Positions 45,622-54,056 of a DNA stretch of 64,000 nt are shown here, one piece after another; within the stretch, counting starts at the first letter, position 1; each line of letters starts with the position of its first letter. The notes under the pieces were generated by a model that did not search any database, was not told where the DNA came from, and worked only from the letters and a program-made list of their open reading frames with translations. The translations under genes were made by a program, and so were the position numbers. The DNA lies in contig OZ220089.1 in NCBI GenBank assembly GCA_964291625.2, positions 2,784,001-2,848,000 on the forward strand. The letters run 5' to 3'. The stretch comes from Candidatus Latescibacterota bacterium (GTDB lineage: Bacteria > Latescibacterota > UBA2968 > UBA8231).

Positions 45622-45977
45622 GCCCGGCTATTCATTGCGGCAAGGAAGCCCCGGGAGTATCATCGACCATGGAGTGGACATGACCGGTGTAATGACCCAG
45701 TGGATGAAGGACAGGCTGGAGCGCAAGCGCGAAGAGGTGCGGCAGCAGGCCTTGCGGGAAGGCCGTGAGGAGGGCCGTGAGGAGGGCCGGCTGAAGGCCT
45801 GCAGGGAGGCCAACGCCTGGGCGAGGAAGCAGGGGCTGAATCCCCCGTTCCCGGACTTGGAGGACGATTCCTCCGGCGACGGATAGCGGGGCGGAATCTG
45901 GCGCGGCCCGGGCGGCCGACGCCTGGGGTTCACTGCCGATGAGCCAGCAGTAGCAGGGTTCTGCGCGGCACCCTGTA
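45610..45977 (+). repeat. Direct repeat of the hisB 3' end bracketing a small insert
   Basis: GGCACCCTGTA at 45610-45620 and 45967-45977; also CGGCT(C)ATTCATT...CAAGG at 45625-45645 and 46005-46026. Confidence 0.65.
45680..45886 (+). CDS. Small hypothetical protein with EGREEGR repeats (possibly a gene fragment)
   Basis: MTGVMTQWMKDRLERKREE...REGREEGREEGR...PPFPD; GGAG RBS; TTGCGG-N17-TATCAT promoter-like at 45635-45663. Confidence 0.55.
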   Translation: MTGVMTQWMKDRLERKREEVRQQALREGREEGREEGRLKACREANAWARKQGLNPPFPDLEDDSSGDG

Positions 45978-46009
45978 AGCCGCCCGTCGGCACCACCCGG
46001 AGGGCGGCT
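45978..46009 (+). terminator. Hairpin after the duplicated hisB stop
   Basis: AGCCGCCC...GGGCGGCT followed by CATTCATT. Confidence 0.55.
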
Positions 46010-46032
46010 CATTCATTCCCACAAGGCACACC

Positions 46033-48603
46033 ATGGGCAAGCAGGACCGCAGGCGCGACCATCGCCGCAAGGCGGACCCCCGGCCGAAGGCTGACTCCGC
46101 TGCCCCCGCGCCCGCCGCCCCCGCGCCCGCGCCCGCCGCCCCCGCCGCCGCCCTCGGGCGGTACATCGCCCGCCCCTGGTTCGCCCCCGCCCTCTTCGCG
46201 CTGGTGGCCCTCGTCTACTTCTGGGAGTTCCCTCTCAGCGGCAAGGTCGTCTTCGGCCACGACGTGGGGCTCGACTTCCACCGCGGCAAGGCGCCGGTGG
46301 CGGAGAAGCTGCGCGACCTCGTGCCCCCGGCCTGGTCGCCCATCATGGGCGGCTACCCCGTCTCCGAGGAGATCCGCCACAAGTTCTTCCCCACCTACCT
46401 CATCGAGCTGTTCACCACCCACCAGCGCGCCGTCGGCTGGCGCTACATCCTCGTCGTCTTCGCCGCCGGCTACGGCATGTTCCTCTACCTGCGGCAGGTC
46501 GGCGTCCATCGCTGGTCCGCGCTGTGGGGCGGCCTCGCCTTCCTCTCGGCGCCCACCTTCCTCAGCTTCCCGTACGCCGGCCACTACGCCAAGATGTCGG
46601 TCATCGCCCTCTTTCCCTTCCTCCTCCTCTGCGTCGAGCGCGGCATGGACGGGGGCCGGCAGGCCCTCGGCTCGTGGGCCGCCCTCCCCGTCCTCATCGC
46701 CATCGGCATCTTCACCCCCCACCTGCAGATGATGCAGTACGCCCTCCTGGGCACCGGATGCTATTCCATCTATAAGCTCGTCCACCTGCGCCTGCGGGGT
46801 CTGACCCTCCCCCGCCTGGCGGAGCGCGCCGGCCTCTTCGCCGCCGCCGCCGCCCTCGGCCTCGGCCTCGCCGCCGAGGGCGTCTATCCGCCCTACCTGC
46901 ACGTCAAGACCGAGTCCAAGCGCGCCGCCGTCCACGACGGCACCGGCCGCACTCCCGACGAGCAGCTCGCCCACGCCCGCAGCTGGTCCCTCCACCCGGA
47001 GGAGATCGCCTCCCTCGTCGTCCCCGAGTTCGGCGGCTTCGACGATCCCACCGACCAGCGGAACCGCTACTGGGGCCGCAACCCCATGAAGCTCAACTCC
47101 GAGTACTTCGGCATCCTCGTCCTCCTCCTCGCCCTCGCCGCGGTCCCCGGCGCCCGGGCCAGCCCCCTCGTCCTCTTCCTCGGCCTCCTCTTCGCCGCCG
47201 CCGCCGCCTTCACCCTCGGCGGCCACACCCCCGTCCACTGGATCGCCTACCACCTCCTGCCCGGCGGCAAGGAGCTGCGCACCATCGGCATGGCCGCCTT
47301 CCTCTTCGCCTTTCCCGCCGTCGCCCTCGCCGCCCTTGGCCTCGGCCGCGTCCTGCGCCCCGGCGGCGACGCGCCCATCCTCTCGCGCCGCATCCTCGTC
47401 GCGGGCGCCGTCCTCACCAGCCTCTGCCTCGTCATGGCTCTCGCGCCGCGCCTGGTCACCGAGGCCTGGACCGCCCTCCTCTGGTCCGACGCCCCGGAGT
47501 ACCGCCGCCGCGCCATGACCGCCGCCGCCCCCTGGCTCGCCCGCGGGGGCCTCATCGGCGCCGGCGTCTGCGCCGCCGGCACCGCCCTCCTCCTGCTCCA
47601 TCTGCGCAGCCGCGTCGGCGCCGGCCTCCTCGTCCTCGGCCTCTGCGCCCTCACCGTGGCCGACACCTGGCGCATCGACCGCCTCTTCCTCAAGTACGAG
47701 GACCCGGACCGCCACGCCGACTACCGCCAGGCCAACCCCGACGTGCGCGCCTTCCTGAAGCGGCAGCCCGGCCGCTTCCGCCTTTTCCCCGTGCCCGGCC
47801 ACGGCTTCCTCAGGGACGCGCGCTACCACCTCGACGGCGCCGACGTGGCCACCGGCTTCGCCAACTTCACCCTGCGCCGCTACGACCGTCTGCTCCAGGA
47901 GCTGGCGCCCGTCGAGAGCGTGCTGCGCGCCCGCCACGCGAAGAGCCGCGAGGTGCGCTGGACCGACGGCCAGATCCTCGGCGCCGCGCGCCCGATCCTC
48001 GATCTCATGGGCGCCCGCTTCCTCGTCACGCCGCGCGCCGTCGAGCTGCGCGCCGAGGCCTTCCCCGAGGTCTTCGCCGGCCGTGAGCTGCGCCTCTACG
48101 CCAACGAGACGGCCCTGCCGCGGTTCCACCTGGCTCCCCACGCCGAGGTCCTGCCCGGCGAGGAGGAGGTCCTGACCGCCCTGCGCGAGGGCCGCTACGA
48201 CCTGCGCCGCACCGTGTTGCTGGAGGAGCCGCCGCCCATCGACCTGCCCGGCCCCGGGGCCGATCTGGGCGGCGACCGCGTGACCGAGGAGCTCTACGAC
48301 TACCGCGAAGGGATCGTGCGCCTGCGCGTATCCGCCGCGGGCCCCCGCCTGCTCGTGGTGGCCGACAACTACCATCCCCACTGGCGGGCCCTCGTCGACG
48401 GCCGGCCTGCCCCCCTGCTGCGCGCCGATTACGTCTGGAAGGCGGTCCCCGTGCCGGCGGGCGAGAGCGTGGTGGAGCTGCTCTACCGCTCGCCCCCCGT
48501 GGCCCGGGCCCGCGCCGTCGGCGCCGCCAGCGCCGTCATCGTCCTGGCCGGGGCGGTCGTGGCCCTGCGCCGGCACCGGTTCCGAAGTGGGGTTGGGGGT
48601 TGA
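46033..48603 (+). CDS. YfhO-family polytopic membrane protein (GT-C fold glycosyltransferase)
   Basis: WSPIMGGYP, many TM helices, SWSLHPEE, YWG...SEYFG, NETALPRF, LVVADNYHPHWRA..DG, VPAGESVVELLY; N-terminal Pro/Ala linker. Confidence 0.82.
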   Translation: MGKQDRRRDHRRKADPRPKADSAAPAPAAPAPAPAAPAAALGRYIARPWFAPALFALVALVYFWEFPLSGKVVFGHDVGLDFHRGKAPVAEKLRDLVPPAWSPIMGGYPVSEEIRHKFFPTYLIELFTTHQRAVGWRYILVVFAAGYGMFLYLRQVGVHRWSALWGGLAFLSAPTFLSFPYAGHYAKMSVIALFPFLLLCVERGMDGGRQALGSWAALPVLIAIGIFTPHLQMMQYALLGTGCYSIYKLVHLRLRGLTLPRLAERAGLFAAAAALGLGLAAEGVYPPYLHVKTESKRAAVHDGTGRTPDEQLAHARSWSLHPEEIASLVVPEFGGFDDPTDQRNRYWGRNPMKLNSEYFGILVLLLALAAVPGARASPLVLFLGLLFAAAAAFTLGGHTPVHWIAYHLLPGGKELRTIGMAAFLFAFPAVALAALGLGRVLRPGGDAPILSRRILVAGAVLTSLCLVMALAPRLVTEAWTALLWSDAPEYRRRAMTAAAPWLARGGLIGAGVCAAGTALLLLHLRSRVGAGLLVLGLCALTVADTWRIDRLFLKYEDPDRHADYRQANPDVRAFLKRQPGRFRLFPVPGHGFLRDARYHLDGADVATGFANFTLRRYDRLLQELAPVESVLRARHAKSREVRWTDGQILGAARPILDLMGARFLVTPRAVELRAEAFPEVFAGRELRLYANETALPRFHLAPHAEVLPGEEEVLTALREGRYDLRRTVLLEEPPPIDLPGPGADLGGDRVTEELYDYREGIVRLRVSAAGPRLLVVADNYHPHWRALVDGRPAPLLRADYVWKAVPVPAGESVVELLYRSPPVARARAVGAASAVIVLAGAVVALRRHRFRSGVGG

Positions 48604-48670
48604 ACCCGGGGCCGATGTACCCTACCTTTGAAACTCTTGGGCCGGTACCCCCGCCAGACCAAGAATTCGC

Positions 48671-48700
48671 TTGACACCCCATAGGAGCCGGTGATATTAT
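48671..48700 (+). promoter_or_regulatory. Strong sigma70 promoter with extended -10
   Basis: TTGACA-N18-TATTAT with TGn extension; ~80-nt leader; GAGGAGGA RBS. Confidence 0.75.
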
Positions 48701-48788
48701 GGAGCGAATACTCACTGAATCCCCGCATTACGTCAGAACTTTTCTGCAGAAACCAGGACAGGGACCGGGCTCCCTGAGGAGGAAGAAG

Positions 48789-51700
48789 ATGCAGCGCAGG
48801 AATTACGCAGCCCTTTTCGCCGCGCTGGTGATCGGCTTCGGGGCCATCGACGCCCACGCGGCGGAGGTGCTCAGCGTCACCATCGACGCACCTGCCGACT
48901 CCGGCACCGTCCTCGGCATCGACGGTGCCTTCACGGTGACGGCCATCGTCGAGGACTACACGGCCTTCGACGGAGACGGCGTGATCATCGCCCTGGTCTC
49001 CGGCTCCGGCACGGACGGCGCCCTCGAGATCGTGGGTGACGGCACGACGGGCGGTGGCAAGACCACGGACCCGGTGACCGCTCAGGTGGTCGACCACCCA
49101 ACCGACACCCAGATAAATGCCGGTCGGACCGGTGCTGACTTGGGTGTGCAGGGCGGCGCTGGCATCGTTGCCGTCCGTATCCAGAGGCAGTACGGGAATA
49201 CGGACTCGGCGCACCACATCGGTGGCGACGCCACCTCCGTCAGGGTCGATCCCAACCAGGAGCAGGTGACCTACGTCTGGAACAGCAAGATTCACGTCTC
49301 CAGCACCGAGGCGAAGGAGATCCGGGCCATCGCGGTGGCCGTCGACCAGACTAGTTCGACTGCGACTCCCGCCGTCACGACGGCTGATGCGAATACCCCC
49401 AACGCGGCCATGTCCTCCGATGCTCCGGGCAACGTGCAGTTCGACTTCGACGCCGAGCGCCCCGTTCCGCTGACTGGCCTGATCAACGTCGGAACTTCGG
49501 GCGACCTGCCTACGGTTGTGCTGAGCGACGACGGAGTCGGCGATGTCGTCAGGACCGAGGTGGCCGGCATCGGGGACCAGTTGCGCTTCGACGTCGTCGT
49601 GGGTCCCGCCAATATGCGCCTCCTCACCCGGCAGAACCACTCGGTCGTCCTCGGGATCAACGACCACACGGGCAAGGAGCTCAAGGCCTACCCGGTTTCC
49701 CTTGAGGGGCGTCGGGCAGACACCCTGCAGGTGCGGCAGAACATCGGCGAGGGCGACTTCGGCGATCTGGTCGGCGCCCAGGACGCCGCCACCACCGATC
49801 ATGTGCAGCAGTTGAGCGCTCCTCCAGTGGCGCGGAACTCAGCCACGGCCTACCTCGTCGATCCGCTGGGCAACCGCAGCAGGGATGTCGGCCAGACTGT
49901 GGACTGGGCGAGTGATACGGACCAGGTAGGTGGTCCCGACGCCGACATCCCCCACCTCCTCGACGCCAAGAAGCCCGTCATCGACGGTGTCAGCGGCAAG
50001 GATTTCGTCGCCACCGGCGGCGACACCTTGGAGATCGCCAGTCCTGACACCGTCACCGACGGCACCCAGAATGATGGCATCGACGTCAATCCCGACCCCG
50101 TGTCGGACGACCTGAACCCGATCGTCTACAAGCTCCACGAGAAGCTCAGCGCCTTGAACATCGACATCGGCGGCGTCGTCCTGAAGGTCACCAACAAGGA
50201 GACTGCGGTAAACCAGTGGGAGATCGACGACTCTGACAACGTGGTTGAGTCGATGGCGGGTGATCCTCTCGCCGTCGTCCCGGATACGGTGCTGACAGAC
50301 AGCGACGATGCCCTGAACAACGCCAAGGACGACCGGGTTCGTCTCATCTTCTCGGTCGGAGACGATCACAAGGTTGCCTCCATTGAAACCCAGAACCTCG
50401 GGGGCACGGCGGATGCTCGCGATCAGCAGGGTGCCACGGTGCTTCGGCCCGCCGCCCTCCCGACCGGTGATCTGAAGACGGGCCTCAAGACGATCAAGGT
50501 TTCGGGCACAGACTACGCCGGCAACACCGGCCCGGCGGCCGAGCGCGCGGACGTCTACGTCGACGTCGACAATCTCGCGTTCAATGGCCTCTTCCCCCAT
50601 TCCGATGATGTGACCACCATCGAGGAGATGAGCACCTCGGACGTGCGGTTCGCTCTCAGCGAACACGCCGACAGCGTCCTGATCTCCTACATCTACCGGA
50701 GCGGACCGGACAGGCTCAGGCCGGGCGAGGCCAAGACAAGGGCCCTCGTAGGTGGCGAGTTGCTGGACTTGGATGAGCAGGTCATTCCCGCCACCGAGTT
50801 CATCCACGCTGGCAGGAGTGACACTGGTCTCGTTGACGACTCCAAGTACCAGTTGACCCTCCTCGGCGCCGACTTGGCTGGCAACTACAGCCTCACCGAC
50901 GCCGGCGTGATGACCTACGACACCAACTACGTGGTGCCGCCGATCAACTATTTCACCGTCTCTTCCAATCCGCCCGGCGGGACCAGGACCGACGGCAAGA
51001 ACGCCGACGGCACCGACAGCGGTAAGTGCAAGCTCGCTGGTTGCGGTCAGGTAGCGGCCCACAAGGATCCGCAGTTCACCGTCACGGTGAACGCCTGGAA
51101 CAAGGACAAGGTGGCGGCCCTCGCCTACGGCAAGGTGAACTACAACAACGACGCGGTCGTGACGCTCTCCGGCGGCTCTGGTGAAGGTCTGACTCTGTCG
51201 GGCAAGGGTGTGGTCACGGAGGGCATGCCCTCAGGCGTGGCCCGTCTCACGAGTGACGCCTGGGGCGTCGGCAGGATCGGAGATGTGATCTCCTGGAAGG
51301 CCGACGTCAAGGTGAATGCCAAGAAGGCTCCTGAGACTCATTCGGTGAAGGTTGAGGATCTCACCAGTGATCCCGACACTTCCTTCGTCGGCAAGCTCGA
51401 CTCGGTCCTGGTGATCAAGGACGCCGGCTACAACAAGATAGAGGTGACGGTCAACGACACGGTTCACCTTCACTCCCAGTTCAGGGTCGACCTGAGGTAC
51501 ATCGACGCCTTTGGCAACACGGCTACCAACGCCGACAACTACGTGGAGATCGGCACTTCGGTTCTCGGAGTGGAGGTGCCGCAGGGCGCGGTTGAGGTCA
51601 AGGATGGCGCGGCCTCCTTCTTCGCCCGCAGCAACGAGCATCTGGGTGACTTGTCATTCACGGTGCGGAATGTCACAGGTGGAGTCACCACCGTCGTAAG

Positions 51701-53945
51701 CCATAGCGTGACGGTCATCGAGGCCCCGGTCGTATCCGATGACGGCGGTGACACGGGCGGTGACGATGGTGACACGCCGGATCCGCGTCCGGACGCCCCC
51801 GACCATTTGGTTGGAGAGGACTACAAGGGCGCGCTGGGCGAGGGTGATCAGGGCGGGTTCGTCATGCTCACCTTCGACCTGTCGGCGAACCACTCCACCA
51901 TCGACGGCTACCGCATCTGGCGTGACGTCACCGTCACCCAGGGAGTCGACGACGACGGTAATGTCGTCGAGTTGTCCGAGCCCACGATCAAGCCAGTAGC
52001 TTGGGGCAGCGTGGATGCCATCCCTGGCGTTGACGTGATGCGCGTCGTGGTCGCCACCCTCGACGGAGACGCCACCTTCTACGGCGTCACCGCCGAGAGT
52101 CACGGTCTTGCCAGCGATGTCACCCGTACCGGCGGTGGCGACGATGGTATGGAGGACGACGACGGCATGTCCGACGACGGTATGGAGGACGACGACGGTA
52201 TGGAGGACGACGACGGCATGGAGGACGATGGCGCCGAAGACGACGGTATGGAGGACGATGGCGCCGAGGACGACGGTATGGAGGACGATGGCGCCGAGGA
52301 CGACGGTATGGAGGACGACGGTATGGAGGACGACGGTATGGAGGACGACGGTGGTGAGGACACTGGTGAGGAGACCGGTACCGACACTACCGCCACGGAC
52401 AACAAGCGCGCCTTCACCGTCACCCAGTCCGTCTCCATGCCTTACGAGTTGATGGCCGAGACCATGGTCCGGAGCCGGGAGGCTGCCCAGGGCAACCTGG
52501 AAGGCCCGGTCTTCGCCACGCTGACCCCGGAGGCCCTGGCCTTCCACGAGCGCGGCGGCCTGGTTCCGAGCATGAAGTCGGTCGGGAGCGAGTTGACGGA
52601 TCACATCACGCGCACCGAGGAGGCCGTGCGGGCCATCGACGACATTCCGCCCGCCCCGGTTACCTGGGTCCGTGCCATGGACACTCCGGGTGACGCCGGT
52701 GCCAGCATCACCATCGACTGGACGCGGTCGATCGACGACCGCATCCTGACCTCGGTTGTGCCGCAGGCGATCGGTGAGAACGGCAACATCTTCACCTCCG
52801 CGGGCGTGGAGGCTTACAACATCTCGCGCCGCATCGGCGAGGGCGCCTGGCAGCTGGTGGGCGAGGCCCCGGCCGGTTCCTCCTCCTGGGAGGACCTGAC
52901 CGCCGCCAACGGCGTGCGCTACACCTACAAGGTTGAGCCCAGGGATCTCGAGCAGGTCACCGCTTCGGAGATCGAGAGGTCGGCCATGGCCATCCGCAAC
53001 ACCGTCGTCGACGGCGACGGCAACCGGATCGTCGGGCTCTTCGGCGCTGACAACCGCGTCGACTACGACGACTTCTTCATCTTCGCCGACCACTTCGGTC
53101 TGACCGCCGAGAGCGACCTCTACGAGGCCGCCTTCGACATCATTCCGAACGACGTCATCGATGTCGACGACTTCTTCGCCTTCGCCGAGAGCTTCGGCAA
53201 GGAGGTCGCCGGTATCGGCAAGGCGGTGCCGACGAAGGCCGGTCTGAACAGCGAGGCTCGCTTCTACATCGACAACGCGGCGGCCGAGCTGCCGCGCGTC
53301 GGCGAGGAGATGTCTCTGCTGGTCAGCCTGGCGGACTTCGCCGAGGTTCGGGGTTACGGGTTCACCGTGAACTTCGACAACAGGTACCTCGAGTTCGTCG
53401 AGCCGCGCTTCGAGAACAACCCGCTGGGTGAGGCTGGTCTGGCTCAGCCTCGGGTCATCGCCAACGCCGACGGAGAGATCCACATCGCCGCCTTCGGCGA
53501 GACCGTCAGTGAGGGCGATCTGGGCGTCACCCTGGTCTTCCGGTCCATCGAGGAGATCGAGGAGAGCCTGGTCGAGGTCATGGCCGGCGGCGTGCAGGAC
53601 GGCAGCTACGGGTTGAACCGGATCACCGATCCGGTCGCGATTCGGGTCGAGACGCGTCCCGAGGTCTACGCCCTCGAGAACAACTTCCCGAACCCCTTCA
53701 ACCCGGAGACCACGATCAAGTACCAGTTGCCGGACGCCAACGAGGTCACCCTCGAGGTCTTCAACATGCTCGGCCAGGTCGTGCGGACGATGGTCGACCG
53801 CGAGTTCCAGAACGCTGGCCGCTACAGTTACCAGTGGGATGCCACCAACGACAGTGGGCAGCCCTTGTCCTCCGGAATCTACTTCTACCGCGTCACCGCG
53901 GGCGGGGAGTTCCAGAGCCACAAGAAGATGCTGCTCCTGAAGTAG
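48789..53945 (+). CDS. Giant secreted acidic beta-rich protein with FN3-like, dockerin-like, cohesin-like and C-terminal FlgD-Ig (T9SS-CTD-like) domains
   Basis: Signal peptide ...IDAHA; paired EF-hand motifs DNRVDYDDFFIFADHFG / PNDVIDVDDFFAFAESFG; cohesin-like VRGYGFTVNFDNRYLEF; NFPNPFNPETTIKY...SSGIYFY...KKMLLLK; 1718 aa. Confidence 0.85.
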   Translation: MQRRNYAALFAALVIGFGAIDAHAAEVLSVTIDAPADSGTVLGIDGAFTVTAIVEDYTAFDGDGVIIALVSGSGTDGALEIVGDGTTGGGKTTDPVTAQVVDHPTDTQINAGRTGADLGVQGGAGIVAVRIQRQYGNTDSAHHIGGDATSVRVDPNQEQVTYVWNSKIHVSSTEAKEIRAIAVAVDQTSSTATPAVTTADANTPNAAMSSDAPGNVQFDFDAERPVPLTGLINVGTSGDLPTVVLSDDGVGDVVRTEVAGIGDQLRFDVVVGPANMRLLTRQNHSVVLGINDHTGKELKAYPVSLEGRRADTLQVRQNIGEGDFGDLVGAQDAATTDHVQQLSAPPVARNSATAYLVDPLGNRSRDVGQTVDWASDTDQVGGPDADIPHLLDAKKPVIDGVSGKDFVATGGDTLEIASPDTVTDGTQNDGIDVNPDPVSDDLNPIVYKLHEKLSALNIDIGGVVLKVTNKETAVNQWEIDDSDNVVESMAGDPLAVVPDTVLTDSDDALNNAKDDRVRLIFSVGDDHKVASIETQNLGGTADARDQQGATVLRPAALPTGDLKTGLKTIKVSGTDYAGNTGPAAERADVYVDVDNLAFNGLFPHSDDVTTIEEMSTSDVRFALSEHADSVLISYIYRSGPDRLRPGEAKTRALVGGELLDLDEQVIPATEFIHAGRSDTGLVDDSKYQLTLLGADLAGNYSLTDAGVMTYDTNYVVPPINYFTVSSNPPGGTRTDGKNADGTDSGKCKLAGCGQVAAHKDPQFTVTVNAWNKDKVAALAYGKVNYNNDAVVTLSGGSGEGLTLSGKGVVTEGMPSGVARLTSDAWGVGRIGDVISWKADVKVNAKKAPETHSVKVEDLTSDPDTSFVGKLDSVLVIKDAGYNKIEVTVNDTVHLHSQFRVDLRYIDAFGNTATNADNYVEIGTSVLGVEVPQGAVEVKDGAASFFARSNEHLGDLSFTVRNVTGGVTTVVSHSVTVIEAPVVSDDGGDTGGDDGDTPDPRPDAPDHLVGEDYKGALGEGDQGGFVMLTFDLSANHSTIDGYRIWRDVTVTQGVDDDGNVVELSEPTIKPVAWGSVDAIPGVDVMRVVVATLDGDATFYGVTAESHGLASDVTRTGGGDDGMEDDDGMSDDGMEDDDGMEDDDGMEDDGAEDDGMEDDGAEDDGMEDDGAEDDGMEDDGMEDDGMEDDGGEDTGEETGTDTTATDNKRAFTVTQSVSMPYELMAETMVRSREAAQGNLEGPVFATLTPEALAFHERGGLVPSMKSVGSELTDHITRTEEAVRAIDDIPPAPVTWVRAMDTPGDAGASITIDWTRSIDDRILTSVVPQAIGENGNIFTSAGVEAYNISRRIGEGAWQLVGEAPAGSSSWEDLTAANGVRYTYKVEPRDLEQVTASEIERSAMAIRNTVVDGDGNRIVGLFGADNRVDYDDFFIFADHFGLTAESDLYEAAFDIIPNDVIDVDDFFAFAESFGKEVAGIGKAVPTKAGLNSEARFYIDNAAAELPRVGEEMSLLVSLADFAEVRGYGFTVNFDNRYLEFVEPRFENNPLGEAGLAQPRVIANADGEIHIAAFGETVSEGDLGVTLVFRSIEEIEESLVEVMAGGVQDGSYGLNRITDPVAIRVETRPEVYALENNFPNPFNPETTIKYQLPDANEVTLEVFNMLGQVVRTMVDREFQNAGRYSYQWDATNDSGQPLSSGIYFYRVTAGGEFQSHKKMLLLK
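52140..52358 (+). repeat. In-frame 15/18-bp tandem repeat encoding DDG(M/A)E
   Basis: 14 units of GACGAYGGYATGGAG / GACGATGGCGCCGAR. Confidence 0.95.
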
Positions 53946-53972
53946 GAGGCAGGTTCAGTTCCGCTGTAGTTT

Positions 53973-54010
53973 GAAGATGGGATCCCGCCCCAGGGCGGGG
54001 TCCCATCTTC
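53973..54010 (+). terminator. Long stem-loop between the two FlgD-Ig genes
   Basis: GAAGATGGGATCCCGCCC-CA-GGGCGGGGTCCCATCTTC, ~17-bp stem with one G.U pair, no U-tract. Confidence 0.7.
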
Positions 54011-54056
54011 CACATTCACCCGTTACTTCGAACACCTAACCAGCCCGGGCCCAGGA

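Noticed and set aside
46100-46152. GCCCCCGCGCCCGCC-type repeat as a regulatory or mobile repeat
   Set aside because: Encodes an ordinary Pro/Ala linker in the YfhO N-terminus
52140-52358. CRISPR array
   Set aside because: Units are contiguous, in-frame, 15-18 bp, without unique spacers; no cas genes
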